DNA from: an uncultured Nitrososphaeraceae archaeon
Lineage (GTDB): Archaea; Thermoproteota; Nitrososphaeria; Nitrososphaerales; Nitrososphaeraceae
Assembly (NCBI GenBank): GCA_963825865.1
Contig: CAWGVG010000022.1
Location: 32,001-96,000 of the forward strand
Reading direction: 5' to 3'
DNA length: 64,000 bases
Part shown: in pieces, positions 10,983 through 23,672 of the stretch
How positions within the stretch are numbered: the stretch's first letter is position 1
How the letters are laid out: each line of letters opens with the position of its first letter
Notes under the pieces: model-generated
Database searches by the model: none
Told to the model about the DNA's origin: nothing
The model's input: only the letters and a program-made list of their open reading frames with translations
Program-made: the position numbers and the translations under genes

Positions 10983-11626
10983 ATGAGTCCATTAGAATTT
11001 GCCAGGTGAGGTTATTCTAGTCTCGGCATCCGGTGTACTATCGCCTGGACCATTATTTTTTATCAACATCATCTATGGGAGCAAACAAGGGATTACTGAC
11101 AGGAATTAAAATTGCATTCGGACATACAATGGTAGAATTCCCATTAGTCATAGCATTAGCTTTGGGTTTATTTACATTTTCATACGTTTTTCTAAATAAT
11201 GAAAATCTAAAAATAATTAGCATCATTGGAGGTATTGCAATAATTGTCTTTGCCTTTACCCAAATAATTAGTATCACAAAAGTTAAGGATGATAAGCAAA
11301 ATGCATATGTCGGAATTAGCAACAAAAAAGGACCAATTTTATTAGGAGTTATATTTAGCGCTTTAAATCCCTTTTTTCTAATATGGTGGCTCACAATAGG
11401 CTTAAAGCTGATTTCCGATTCAATTCATTTCTTCGGTTTTGTCATTGGAATTCTTTTTTTGTTTTCGTTTCACATATGGATGGACTATGCTTGGTTAGTA
11501 ATAACATCGTATCTGATATATAGAGGCGTCTCGGTATTAAAAACTAAATTCTATTCTGCATTACTTATTTCAACAAGTACCATTCTTGCTTTCTATGGAG
11601 TCTATATCATTCTAAAGATATTTTGA
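10983..11626 (+). CDS. LysE-family translocator, N-terminal frameshifts
   Basis: SASGVLSPGPLFF in an alternative frame, GHTMVEFP, SALNPFFLIWW. Confidence 0.8.
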
Positions 11627-12190
11627 TGGCCGTCTGCAAAAGAAGACAACAGGGCAGGCGTTCTATCAGCAAAAATATGAGTTCTTGGGCTGCAATGTCA
11701 TGTCACTCAATAGTATTCTCTTCTTTGGCAAATATACTATCAATCATTTCTAGAAAGTTGTAAGGATAGTTTCCATTGTCTCTGCCTCGCATCCTCACAT
11801 CGCCGCTGATAAAGTCAGGGTTTTTCTTTGTGACGTACAGTATACCAGTTGCACGTTTTACTAGTATAATTATGGGATAATATCCACTGTTATCCCTAGA
11901 ATAAGCACAAGCTAGAAGATATCAAGACAAAAGGGGAGTGCTGCTTTAATCACATAATTTGCTCGCCAACAAAGGAGCGATTGGAAAAACCAATTTTCGA
12001 CTACCATGAATTGTTGTATGAGGCTTTGCTTTCACCAGACTTTTGCAATCCTCTGAATCATAGTCAAGGATAAACACCTGTGGATAAAGAAGACGACAGG
12101 ATTAGGAGTTTCCGAATTCTTTCTCAGGTTTATGGCATGGCTCTGTTTGAGAAACTATAATTATTGCAAGAAAGGAATATGAATTAAATC

Positions 12191-13858
12191 ATGAAGGCAT
12201 CAGACCTCTTTGTAAAATGCTTAGAATCTGAAGGTGTTGAATTTATTTTCGGCTTACCAGGAGAAGAAACTAATGATTTTATGATCTCTATGTTGGATTC
12301 GAAGATCAGATTCATTTTAGTAAGGCATGAACAAGGAGCTGCTTTTATGGCCGATATCTACGGCAGGCTAACTCAAAAGGTTGGAGTATGTCTTGCTACC
12401 TTGGGACCAGGTGCGACAAACCTTACTACTGGAGTTGCAAATGCAAATATGGACAGATCTCCATTATTAGCAATTACTGGACAAACAAATTCAGATCTTT
12501 TACATAAAGAATCTCATCAGAACATGGATGCTGTAACCATGTTCAAATCCATAACAAAATGGAGATGGTCCATTCGTAGTGCTGACAGCATTCCAGAGAT
12601 TGTTAGAAGAGCGTTCAAAATTTCCTTGGAAGAAAAAGGAGGAGCAGTACATCTTGAATTGCCACAAGATATAGCTAAAAAGAAATCTGATATCAAGCCA
12701 ATAAGAACACAAGAGTTCTTTAGAGCTATACCCAATAAACATTTGATCAAGGATACAGTAAAAATGATTTTGAATGCAAAAACGCCTTTAATATTAGTCG
12801 GCAATGGCTGTATAAGAGGAAATGCCAGTTTACTCTTGAGGAAGTTCGTGGAAAGAACAGGAATATGTTCAATGAATACATTCATGGCAAAGGGAATTAT
12901 ATCAGATAAATCAGAAAGGCATTTGCAAACAATTGGAATCAAAGAAGCAGATCATGCTTTGATTGCAATGAAGGAAGCTGATTTAGTTATTGCAGTAGGA
13001 TATGATCTTGTAGAATATAGTCCTAAGAACTGGAATGGGGATTTGAAGAAAAAAATTATTCACATTGATTTTACGTCTGCTGAAGTTGATACGTACTATA
13101 CTCCAACAATTGAAATTGCTGCAGATATTGGACATACCATAGATGCTATTCTGGATGAACTAGACAAACAGAAAAGTGAAAATCCTCATATGCAGGGATT
13201 TCCACATAACGAAATCCCAGAACTGTTTAAGAAAATTAAAAAGGAGGTAGTTTGGAGAAGTGTTGAAAAATTCAAAGATGACTTTTCATATCCAATAAAG
13301 CCTGAAAAATTAGTGCTTGATGTAAGAAATACACTTGACGAAAGTGACATTGTCATATCAGATGTGGGAGCTCATAAATTGTGGATAGCAAAGGTATACA
13401 ATACATACACTCCAAATACATGCATAATTCCTAATGGTTTTTGCTCAATGGGATTTGCACTTCCAGGTGCTATTGCAGCTCAGCTTGTAAAACCCAGGCA
13501 GAAAGTTGTTGCAATGTGTGGGGATGGTGGATTTTTGATGAATATTCAGGAATTGGAAACTGCGGTTCGGTTGCAATTACCAATTATAATCATTGTATGG
13601 TGTGATTCTGATTTTGGCATGATCTCTTTAAAACAAATAGATGAATTTGGAAAAAGTGCATTCACTAAATTTAATAACCCGGATTTTGTTAAACTTGCAG
13701 AAAGTTTTGGAGCATTCGGTTACAATGTTAAGTCTACTAAAGACTTTCCAAAAATATTGCAAAAAGCAAAGGATTCGAAAGATCTTCCAGTCATAATATC
13801 AATTGGTGTGGATTATTCTAGAAACCGCATTTTGGTAGATAATACCTTTAAAGTCTAG
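12191..13858 (+). CDS. Acetolactate synthase large subunit-like TPP enzyme
   Basis: FGLPGEE, RHEQGAAFMAD, TLGPGATN, SMGFALPGAIAA, GDGGFLMN. Confidence 0.92.
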   Translation: MKASDLFVKCLESEGVEFIFGLPGEETNDFMISMLDSKIRFILVRHEQGAAFMADIYGRLTQKVGVCLATLGPGATNLTTGVANANMDRSPLLAITGQTNSDLLHKESHQNMDAVTMFKSITKWRWSIRSADSIPEIVRRAFKISLEEKGGAVHLELPQDIAKKKSDIKPIRTQEFFRAIPNKHLIKDTVKMILNAKTPLILVGNGCIRGNASLLLRKFVERTGICSMNTFMAKGIISDKSERHLQTIGIKEADHALIAMKEADLVIAVGYDLVEYSPKNWNGDLKKKIIHIDFTSAEVDTYYTPTIEIAADIGHTIDAILDELDKQKSENPHMQGFPHNEIPELFKKIKKEVVWRSVEKFKDDFSYPIKPEKLVLDVRNTLDESDIVISDVGAHKLWIAKVYNTYTPNTCIIPNGFCSMGFALPGAIAAQLVKPRQKVVAMCGDGGFLMNIQELETAVRLQLPIIIIVWCDSDFGMISLKQIDEFGKSAFTKFNNPDFVKLAESFGAFGYNVKSTKDFPKILQKAKDSKDLPVIISIGVDYSRNRILVDNTFKV

Positions 13859-14483
13859 TTTTTGCCAATTTTTACTAATATTCGTTTCTTTTGATATTAT
13901 CTTTCTATTAATAGTGGTCTCTTCACAAGAGCATAGCGTGTAAAAGTTTGCAGGAAGAGTCTGATCAATAGGTCTTGCTTCACACTATAGGAAATAGATA
14001 TAGCAGCAAATCAAAGAATATAAGGAATTCAAAAATCTACTCACTCAACTTTCAACACACCATCAACAGTCATTTCCTTCAATTAAATATAAAAAGCGAT
14101 ATCTTTTTTTAACAAATTTCAACATGGCTCCATCAATGAAGATTGAAGTTACTGCGGATTTATCAAATAGGATTTACTGCTAACTTATTTCGTATAACTA
14201 TCGACCAGATCAGTGTAGGAGTAGTTATTCATGTACCTATTGATGTTGTTTTTGTCAGGGCTAATGTATCATGGTATATTGCGCGGAATCTTATTGAGGC
14301 TGACGCTGCTGAGGATATGAGAAGAGTATGTATGTATGTTTGTGTTTGTATATAGAAATTCGCTATAAAAAATATCTTGAAATAGACTTCCTCCATGACT
14401 ATTAATTAGTTAATCATAACTCTTCTTCCCTTGACTGCATATGATTATTAGCTCATAATGTAACTTTATGACTTAGTAGATAT

Positions 14484-14825
14484 ATGTATATGATGCCCGA
14501 CGAAAATAATATAATTGTTGTGGACGTTATAGTTGCCAATTGCCAGATTAGAGCTTTAAGGCCAGTCTTTGACTCTAAAAACGCTATGCCTAATTCAGAT
14601 GCTGAAAAACTTGTGTGGCTGAATACTACGGATTCAGACCGACTGAACAGGCGTGTTCTAGGAAGTCTTAGCGGCAACGCCTTGAAGAAAGCTCAGAAGC
14701 TTGTAAGTCAGAACAGCGGGACTAACATCAGCGGAGAGTACGGAATCGCTGCTTGTTTCCGAAGAAGATTTCAGAAGGATAATCTAATACTAATACCCAT
14801 AGACATCGGCTATAGATTATTATGA
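14484..14825 (+). CDS. Hypothetical protein, possibly a fragment
   Basis: 113 aa ORF with no recognised motif. Confidence 0.3.
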   Translation: MYMMPDENNIIVVDVIVANCQIRALRPVFDSKNAMPNSDAEKLVWLNTTDSDRLNRRVLGSLSGNALKKAQKLVSQNSGTNISGEYGIAACFRRRFQKDNLILIPIDIGYRLL

Positions 14826-15144
14826 ACTTTGCCTGCTGTTTTCAGTATAAAGTTTCTTTATCGTGTTGTAGACGACGATAAAGAAAAAGGTGTCATTGAA
14901 ATTATCGAGCAAATTCTAAATTGGGAAAGATCTTTATCTGGCCAATTACACGTGCTATTGATATTGAGTCTGGTGTGTAGAAGGTAAACAGGCGATTTAA
15001 GCTGCTTTAGTTATTGTAAATTTAACTTTATTAAATAACTGCTTGAGTTATGTTGATGATGCCGTAAGCTACTTCAATTCCCTATATATAGCCTAACTAC
15101 ATTTATTTATTACCTATAATAGCTGTGTGTAGGAGACAAAGATA

Positions 15145-15907
15145 ATGTCTGACTCCAATATCTACTATAAGAATTACAATAACAATCATTATTATCCTTC
15201 TTCTTCATCATCATTTTCAAGCTGCGAAAAAGAAGGACTATACAAGGCTATACTTTCTAGGCGGGACGTTCGCTCTCATTTTATTAATGATAAGAACATT
15301 CCTAACGATGTTCTACTAAGAATTCTAAATGCTGCCTCATCATGCGCCATCAGTAGGCTTCTCACAACCTTGGAATTTTATTTTAATCAAGGATAGGTCA
15401 ATAAGACAACAAGTTAAAGAATCTTTTTTGACGGAATATAAAAAATCAATTTCAATGCTTGACAACGATAAAACCAGACAGGAAAAATATCTATCATTGA
15501 AACTTGAAGGCATAATGGAATCTGCGATCAATATTTGTGTTACATATGATCACACTAAGTTTGGCCCATTTATTTTGGGGAGAACATCCATAGCTGAAAC
15601 TGGTGTATATAGTGTCTGTTGTGCTATCCAAAATCTATGGCTTGCTGCAAGAGCCGAAGGTATAGGAGTAGGATGGGTAAGCATTCTTTCAAATGAAGAT
15701 TTGCAAAAAATTCTATTGATACCTGAACATGTTAGACCTATAGCATATTTATGTCTGGGTTACGTTGAAGAATTTGCAGCAAAACCAGACCTAGAAAAGG
15801 CAGGATGGCTTCATAGAATAGAGTTAAGCGAAGTTATCTGCTATGAGCAATGGGGATGCGAGCAGAGGTGCGATTTCTCCATCAGATTCATGGTCAGAGT
15901 TTTGTAG
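15145..15907 (+). CDS. bluB: 5,6-dimethylbenzimidazole synthase; frameshift ~15335
   Basis: RRDVRSHF, APSVGFSQPWNF, YLSLKLEGI, SVCCAIQNLWLAARAEGIGVGWVS. Confidence 0.92.
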
Positions 15908-16044
15908 TATTATCGAGTAGAGATTAAAAATGCTAAATATAATAGTAAAGAAGCAGTTGAAGAATCATTTACATTCCATCCTGAAGTTATTGCTCGAAGC
16001 AGCAAAAAATTGAAAAGCCTTTATTTTTTTATGGCGTTATCCTC

Positions 16045-16335
16045 TTAACTGATAGGAGTTCGTGAATACTTAATTTTAAGAAATAGAAGCACTACATTGA
16101 ATGACACACTTACGGTATTGCCAGTCGCAATAATAATGTCATTTTTTCCTATTCCATATATAATCCAGAGTGTCAGCCCGACTATTAAGGCCAAGATAAG
16201 CCAGATAGATAAATCATCTGTTTTCTTTGTTTTGATCCCTTTAATTATTTGAGGTACTGTACTTGAAAGTGTAAATAATGTAGCACATATTCCAATGCCA
16301 TATAACAAAAAATCAAACATTATAGTAACATTCAA
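16045..16335 (-). CDS. SemiSWEET/PQ-loop transporter
   Basis: PQIIK..KTKKTDDLS, LWIIYG, three TM segments. Confidence 0.85.
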   Translation of the reverse strand: MNVTIMFDFLLYGIGICATLFTLSSTVPQIIKGIKTKKTDDLSIWLILALIVGLTLWIIYGIGKNDIIIATGNTVSVSFNVVLLFLKIKYSRTPIS

Positions 16336-16819
16336 CTTCTATCGTTTATATTAGATTGTCAGTCTTAACATACAATCAGTTAATTTTAATTAAAATTCTT
16401 TTTCAGAAGCACCAGCATAACGGAAATCATCAAACCAGCTAGCCATATGAGATTTCACATACTTCCTATCTAGAAATGATACGCAGATTGAATGTGATTT
16501 ACTGTTCTAATGTTCATTGCAGATTCCATAATGACATATAAAATATAAAGGCAACATATATGGTGATTTGTAAGATACAACTCATACCGTATTTGAGCCT
16601 GTTGTCTAGGGGTTTTATTGCTATTTTATACGTTTAGTTATTGGCTGCATAGTTGCGCTATTTGTAAGTCTTCCAAAGATATCACTGCTGAAATTATGTG
16701 CCTTGGTAGATAAGTACTAAGTAGCAGCGGTATTAACATTTTCTCTTGTTGAAGAGGCTTTCAATCTTTAAATTGCATATCTCCTCCTTTAACTTCCATG
16801 GGAAGAAAGGCGACTAGAA

Positions 16820-18814
16820 GTGAGTAACTCTCGTTCATTGACAACAGCTGAACTTATCAATAATTTCCCATTTACATCCCAACGTGAGAATCAACTAAGA
16901 GTACCTGAATGAAATTTGTAATGCTTTCAATTCAGACTACAAATACATCATATTAGAAGCTCCTACTGGCTTTGGTAAGAGCCCTGTGGCTATAGCAGTT
17001 GCTATGACTTTGGGCTCAAGCTACATATGTACTTCTACCAAGGATCTGCAGAGTCAATACTCAAGGGATTTTCCATATCTTAAAGTAGCGAAGGGAAAAA
17101 ACAACTTTGCTTGTTTAGTAAAGGAAGATTTTATTAAAAATGGCATTTATAGATGTGGAATTTGTATTTCAGATAATTTGAATGAATGCATCCATACAAC
17201 AGTAGAATATGGTCCCTGTATGACTAATGAATCCTTCAAAAATAGTGGCTGCAAATACAGGTCCTTTCTAAAAGATTATAAAATAAGCAATAAGGGAACA
17301 AAAGATGAACAAGTATTCATCGATAACGATAACAAAAACTACTATCAAAAGGAATACTCGCAATGGTTGCACCTAAGGAATCTAAAAGAAAAAAATCCGT
17401 GGAAACCATGCGAATACTTTAACCAGTTGAACATGGCCTTAACCTCCAGTCATTCTATATTCAATTACTCCATTTTCTTAGCACTTTTGCCAAGCAAGAA
17501 AAGTCTACCAGAAAGAGAATTGTTGGTATTGGACGAAGGGCACCTATTAGAGACAGAGATTGTAAAGTTCAGAGGACTAACTATATCTAAAAGAAGATGG
17601 AAGCGATATATTTACGATTTAAAGATTATTGATTATGGCTATGATGATATAGAAAACTGGATTGACTTTCTTGTAGAAGTTGAGACAAAAATGCTTACCT
17701 TGACTGGCAATAATTCTTTGGTAGAATTGTTGTCTATAGAACGAGAAGTCAAATACAACTATCACTACTATCAAGAACGAGCCTCAAAATCAAATGACAG
17801 GAACAAGAAGGTAGTCTCTGCATTTGAGTTATTTGAAAGCGATGATGAAATTGCACAGAAGTATGCTGACGTAGATGTATCAAGAAAATCAGTAGCAAAT
17901 ATTGGGGATGAGCTTGCTGTTGATGCGATTAGGGATACAGAGAAACTCACAAGAGCAATAAACAATATTCTCTCAAACTCCGCCGATTGGATAGTATCAG
18001 AGATAAAGAAAGAAAATTATGAAGTAGTTAAAGTTGAATTAAAACCGTTAGATATATCAGCATATTGTAAAACTGTATTTGAAAAATGCTCAAAAACATT
18101 GATTATGAGTGCAACAATCCTAAATGCTAAAGCATTTTGCAGAAGTGTTGGTCTAATTGGAGAAGATAATAAGGTGAAATTCGTACAAGTTCAATCTGAT
18201 TTTCCATTAGAACACAGACCTATTTATCCTCTTAATATTGCATATCTTAACTATAGCAACTTAGAATCTACAGAAATAAAATCCAATGTTGCAAGGACTA
18301 TTGACAATCTAATGACATTGCATAAAAATGACAAAGGAATAATCCATACTACATCTTATGACCAATTGAATTTTATTAAAGAAAATATATCACAGATAAA
18401 TGCACGAAGGTTGTTAGTAACTGATCCAGAGATACAAAGAGATGAGGTCATAGCTCAACACACTAACAGCAGACAAAACCAACTGTTCTTATCTCACCAT
18501 CATTACATACAGGTCTTGATTTAAAAGATGACCTGTCGAGGTTTCAGATAATAACCAAGGTACCTTATCCCAATAAAAACGATAGATGGATTGATGCAAA
18601 AAGAAAATCTGATGCAGAATGGTATTATTGGCAGACAGCATTAAAATTGGTACAAGCTTATGGTAGATCAGTAAGATCAAAGGAAGATAAGGCTAGAACA
18701 TACGTATTAGATTCTGCTTTTAATTCTTTTGTAAAGAAGAACATTGACATTTTACCGGAATGGTTTATTTTAGCAATTCATGGTATTAGAGTTAATAAAA
18801 GTAATAATAAATAA
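16820..18814 (+). CDS. DinG/XPD-family helicase; frameshifts ~16905 and ~18470
   Basis: EAPTGFGKS, KGKNNFAC, LDEGH, MSAT, GLDLKDDLSRFQIITKVPYP, QAYGRSVRSKED. Confidence 0.85.
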
Positions 18815-19243
18815 TCAGTCAATAGGTGTAGATAAGACTAAAAGTGTTGAAGATCGACAGAATACTTAACGCTGACACATACTTATCGCTAGGGTTCCAT
18901 TCTAGAGATAAGCTCAACACTTTGCTTCCTAAACTTTTTCTACAGAAGAAAAGAACCTGCAACTCGGTATTGCCTCTTCTGTTTGTTCTGGGAAAAGCAT
19001 GTAACATTCCTAATTCTTCCTTCCGATGCTGATATATATCCAAATCATATAGATCTTTATTCTTCTTAGGTGAGCCTTGCGCATTTTTGGACTGATGTAT
19101 TAGGCGCCTTGTAGAAGAAGATATATTTTTACCTAACTGCCAATATAAAAATAAAAATCTATACAAGTTACTTTAATAATAATATACGTAATTCAAAGTA
19201 TTTGAGAACGAATTGCATTATTGGGTAGGTTCTTTTTGTCAAG

Positions 19244-19906
19244 TTGTTGATGGATATAAACCTCTATTCCCCAGATGGAGTTATCGCCGTATCTGATATT
19301 ATAACACTAATTGCAGATATTGGAAATCAAATACCAGATAAATCCTGGATGCTTTACCTGCTTGAGGTCTTCAATATACAAAATATAGCAGTTGAATTGA
19401 ACCTCATATGCCAGTTTGATAACCAAAGTTACTTTGAGGCCATATTCCAAGGAATTAACCGATATAGATTTAAAAGTGTTTTACCAACGCTAGGTCATTC
19501 TTACCTACGCCAAATTGTTATGGATGCTCAGAGCAAATATATCAAATATATTCTAAGCGATCAGAATACAACACAATCAGAAACTTTCGATTTACCATTA
19601 GCGAACATGAAGTTTGATTTTATAGTAATAAACCATTTTACTGGAATAGAATGGTGGAATAAGATTGGTAACATTCCATATCCTCTAAGACATATGGTTG
19701 AAATATCACAATTAATGTTTGGTTTAAGTGATCATATAGATTCAGAGTCTATAACCTATCTGCCACATAATGCGTTGCTACCTAATAAGGATGGCTCCGG
19801 TATTAGATACCCTATTTCGTTTCAGAATATCAGAATCAAGGATGGGTGTATTTGCTATACAGTACAATCAGGTGATTGTTATACCGGAATGCGCTATAAT
19901 TGTTAG
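19244..19906 (+). CDS. Hypothetical protein
   Basis: 220 aa uninterrupted ORF in AT-rich DNA; no motif recognised. Confidence 0.5.
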   Translation: MLMDINLYSPDGVIAVSDIITLIADIGNQIPDKSWMLYLLEVFNIQNIAVELNLICQFDNQSYFEAIFQGINRYRFKSVLPTLGHSYLRQIVMDAQSKYIKYILSDQNTTQSETFDLPLANMKFDFIVINHFTGIEWWNKIGNIPYPLRHMVEISQLMFGLSDHIDSESITYLPHNALLPNKDGSGIRYPISFQNIRIKDGCICYTVQSGDCYTGMRYNC

Positions 19907-20136
19907 ATTTAAGCAGAAGTACCAGATAGTAGTATAGAGGCAAACTAGTTCCTGCAAAGCCGACAGTACGACATAAATATATCAAATGCGGAGAGCCTCT
20001 CGGCCATAATCGATTTAAATTTAAGTCTATAGCAATATTTGTTTATCAAACGCTAGTTGCAGTAGCTTCCCGATTAACAAATATTTTAATCCACTATTTC
20101 ATACGTGGATTATAAAGTGTGTGTATTTCGTTTGAA

Positions 20137-20565
20137 TTAATAGAGATCAGAGTCATCTGTTAATTTTTTTGCTGATTGGGGATCCTTATCTGTGTAGTAG
20201 CTAACCATACCTAATTTGAGCACCTTTAGCGATAGTAGTGCACATTTGATCCTTGCAGGTCCAAGATTCATCAGCCCGATATTTTCTAAAACATCTTTCT
20301 TTGTGAGATCTTTTACTACAGTCAAGGGTTTGTCCATTACCATCTCGGTAAGCATAGAAGCACTTGCCTGGCTAATTGCACATCCTCTACCTTCAAATTT
20401 TATCTCCTTAATTTTGTCCTTTTCGACTTTTAAATGAATGTCAATTTCATCGCCGCAGAGAGGATTACTGTCGTGAATACTTACATCTGCATTTGATAAT
20501 TTGCCCTTATTTCGAGGATTTCTATAATGATCCAGAATAATTTCACGGTATATATCGTCACTCAA
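20137..20565 (-). CDS. sufU: SufU/IscU-type Fe-S scaffold
   Basis: ILDHYRNPRN, NPLCGD, GCAISQASAS, RIKCA. Confidence 0.93.
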   Translation of the reverse strand: MSDDIYREIILDHYRNPRNKGKLSNADVSIHDSNPLCGDEIDIHLKVEKDKIKEIKFEGRGCAISQASASMLTEMVMDKPLTVVKDLTKKDVLENIGLMNLGPARIKCALLSLKVLKLGMVSYYTDKDPQSAKKLTDDSDLY

Positions 20566-21807
20566 ATCCTAAACAGCCTCCTTGCTTCCTCGAGTGCATT
20601 TATGAGTATATCAACTTCTTCTTTGGTATTATAGATATAAAAACTTGTGCGGGACGTCGCTACCACATTTAATCTCTCCATTAATACTTGTGCGCAGTGG
20701 TGGCCAGATCTGATTGCAATTCCATGATCGTTCATTATAGTAGCAAGGTCATGTGGATGAATATCACCAATATTAAATGATACTATTCCACCTCTATGAT
20801 TCGAATTGGACGGACCGTAAACAGTTACGCCCTTTACGCCCGTAATAGTTTTGATGGCATAATTCGTAATATCGATTTCATGCTCTCTTATATTGTTCAT
20901 ACCAATTTCGTTAAGATAATCAATAGCAGACTCCAAATCCAATTACATCTGCAATGTTAGGGGTACCACCTTCAAACTTGTATGGAAGGTCATTATATCT
21001 TGTTTCATATTTGTGAACTTCCTTTATCATATCCCCTCCCCCTATGAATGGTGCCATTTTGTCAAGTATCTCCCTTTTTACATATAGCACCCCCACACCT
21101 GTTGGTCCTAGCATTTTGTGAGCAGAAAATGCCATGAAATCACAGTCCATGTTCTGAACATCTACTGGCATGTGAGGAACAGATTGAGCTCCGTCCACCA
21201 TTACTTTAACACCTTTATCATGTGCCATTTTGATAATTTTGTTTATAGGTACTATTGTTCCAGGTACATTTGACATCTGGCTTACAGAAATTAGTTTAAC
21301 TTTATTGCTTTCAATATACCTTTTGTAATCTTCCATTTTTAGGTATCCACTATCGTCAACACCAACGTACAGTAGTTTACCTCTTTTTTCCTGAGTAAGA
21401 ATTTGCCAGGGAACTATGTTGCTATGGTGTTCAATTTCTGTGATTACCACGTAGTCATCTTTCTTGACATTTGCACGGCCCCATGAGTATGATATTAAGT
21501 TAATTGCTTCGGTTGCATTGCGGGTAAAAATTATTTCGTCAGTCGAATTAGCATTGATGAATTTGGCAATCTTTTCTCTTGTTCTTTCATAGGCAATGGT
21601 TGCTTCTTCTGCCATCTGATGAACCGCTCTGTGAATATTTGAGTTGTAATCCATGTAATAATCACGAATTGCATTAATTACAGACATTGGCTTTTGAGTA
21701 GTAGCAGCATTATCAAGGTAGACAAGCGTTTTGTTTCTATTAATCTTACGTTTTAATATGGGAAAATCTTCTCGAATTTTGGAAACATTGAGAGCAATTT
21801 TCTGCAT
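20562..21807 (-). CDS. sufS: Cysteine desulfurase; frameshift ~20930
   Basis: YLDNAATTQKP, EHHSN, FSAHKMLGPTG, RSGHHCA. Confidence 0.95.
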
Positions 21808-21820
21808 TATGATTAATAAT

Positions 21821-22141
21821 TCACTCCATTAAGATATAAACCCAGTTGTCTTGTATCTTTACGCTGTAAGTTTTTAAAGGCTCTTCTGCAGGGAGATTTT
21901 GGGGAATACCATCTTCTAGTTTGAAAACAGACATATGTAGAGGACAGGTAACAGTTTTTTCATTCTCATTCATAAATCCTGTTGACAGGTCAGCATAAGC
22001 ATGAGTGCATATTCTGTTTGTCGCATAAATTTTGCCTCCTACTTTGGCTATCAAAATATTTTTATTCGCCATAATCAAAATCTAAGAGATCGGCCAATTT
22101 TTAACGAATCTTTCCTTACAGGCCTTTATCCATTCTGTCAC
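21821..22141 (-). CDS. Rieske-type ferredoxin; N-terminal frameshift
   Basis: CTH...CPLH motifs; GTG start 22141 (VTEWIKAC). Confidence 0.88.
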
Positions 22142-22168
22142 TATCAGTATGATTCGTTACTCAACCAT

Positions 22169-23596
22169 CTATCTATATTTATAGTGTTTTTCGAAAATAT
22201 CTTGTGTTTCCCGGTATCTAGACTTTTCTACTTCAAGATTTGTTCCATTGCTTCGTCAGTCTTAAGCATAAGAGGTTTTCCAGACCATTTATTTTCAATT
22301 AGATAATTAACCCATGCCCTAATAGTGGGCCCCATTTTTCTAGATAGTGGCTCGAGGAATCCATTTACAATTTCTCGTTTTGCTAATTCTCTACTTAATC
22401 CTCTGACATTAGATAAAAGATCTGTGCCTCATCGATCTGTGCAACTGATGCAGAATGTGTTGCTTTTACTTCATTGGTCTCAATTTCCAGTCCTGGAATT
22501 GCATCTGATTTAGCACCTTTATCAAGTAAAATTGCATGACCTGCAAAATAAGACTCTGTTGCTTTAGCGTTTTTGCCAATCTTAATCATGCCTTTGAATA
22601 ATGACTTTGAAGTGTCTTTCATTACAGATTTGACCAGTACCCGTCCTCTTGAATTCGGACCATAATGAATGAGATTAGAAGTAACATCAAATGATTGATT
22701 CCAATTCCAAATATAATTTCAAAATCCTCTGCAGAAGAACCTGGGTCCTTTCATTATGCTATCAATCTTATATCTTGACAATTGCGTACCAAACATCCCA
22801 AGATACCACGACATTTTACCATCTCTCTCAATAAAGCCCTTCTTATTGGAGAAATTGACGGTATCTCCACCCATCGCTTGCAACGTTACCATATCAATAT
22901 GAGCATTTGGACCAACATGACATTCCATCAACTCAAAGTATGCCTGTTGAACATCTTTCCTATTCTACTCTTGGAGGAGCATAAATCTCTTGGACAACAG
23001 TTGCTTTAGAGCCCATATCGCCGACAATTATGTTCCGTGATATTGAAGAGGTCCCATCGTCTGCAAAGAACTAATAATTCTAATTGGATCCTCGATTATG
23101 ACATTTTTTGGAATATAAACAAAAACTCCGGAATGAAAAGCAGAGGCTTCTAATGCAAGGAACTTATCTTCAGCTATATTGTAGCTGATTGGTGAGTAGT
23201 TGTTTCTTGATAAGATCATCGTATTTCATTAGGCTTCTCTTAAGATCAGAAATGATAACTCCCTGATTCAAAATTTTATCAGGAACGAAATTTGATTAAC
23301 CGAAGAGCCAATTTGGACGATGCTAGTTCCTCATGCTCTAGTTCATTAAGCCTGTGTTGAAGCTCTTCGTGGGCTTAGGCATGTGAGAAGTCTTTTCGAC
23401 AGGAATGGGAAGATATATCTGCTCGGTGTCGAATACGATTTACATCAGAGTATTTTGTATAAAGTGGAGACACTTCTGAAGGAAGAGATCAATATTTGGA
23501 CAATGCCTTTTGTCGTATTGCAGCAAGCCACTGGGATCCTTATTTTCTTTGATTATGATTCAATATGTTGTCTGAAATAGAAGATAAACTTACCAA
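22169..23596 (-). CDS. sufD: SufD, heavily frameshifted
   Basis: FKGMIKI, IPGLEIETNEVKATHSASV, EDKFLALE fragments across frames. Confidence 0.85.
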
Positions 23597-23672
23597 AGTT
23601 TAAACACTTCTCTTCTTAAAAAATTTAAAGGAATATAGAATGATCCCTTTTTTGTATGGATATTCTCTACGT

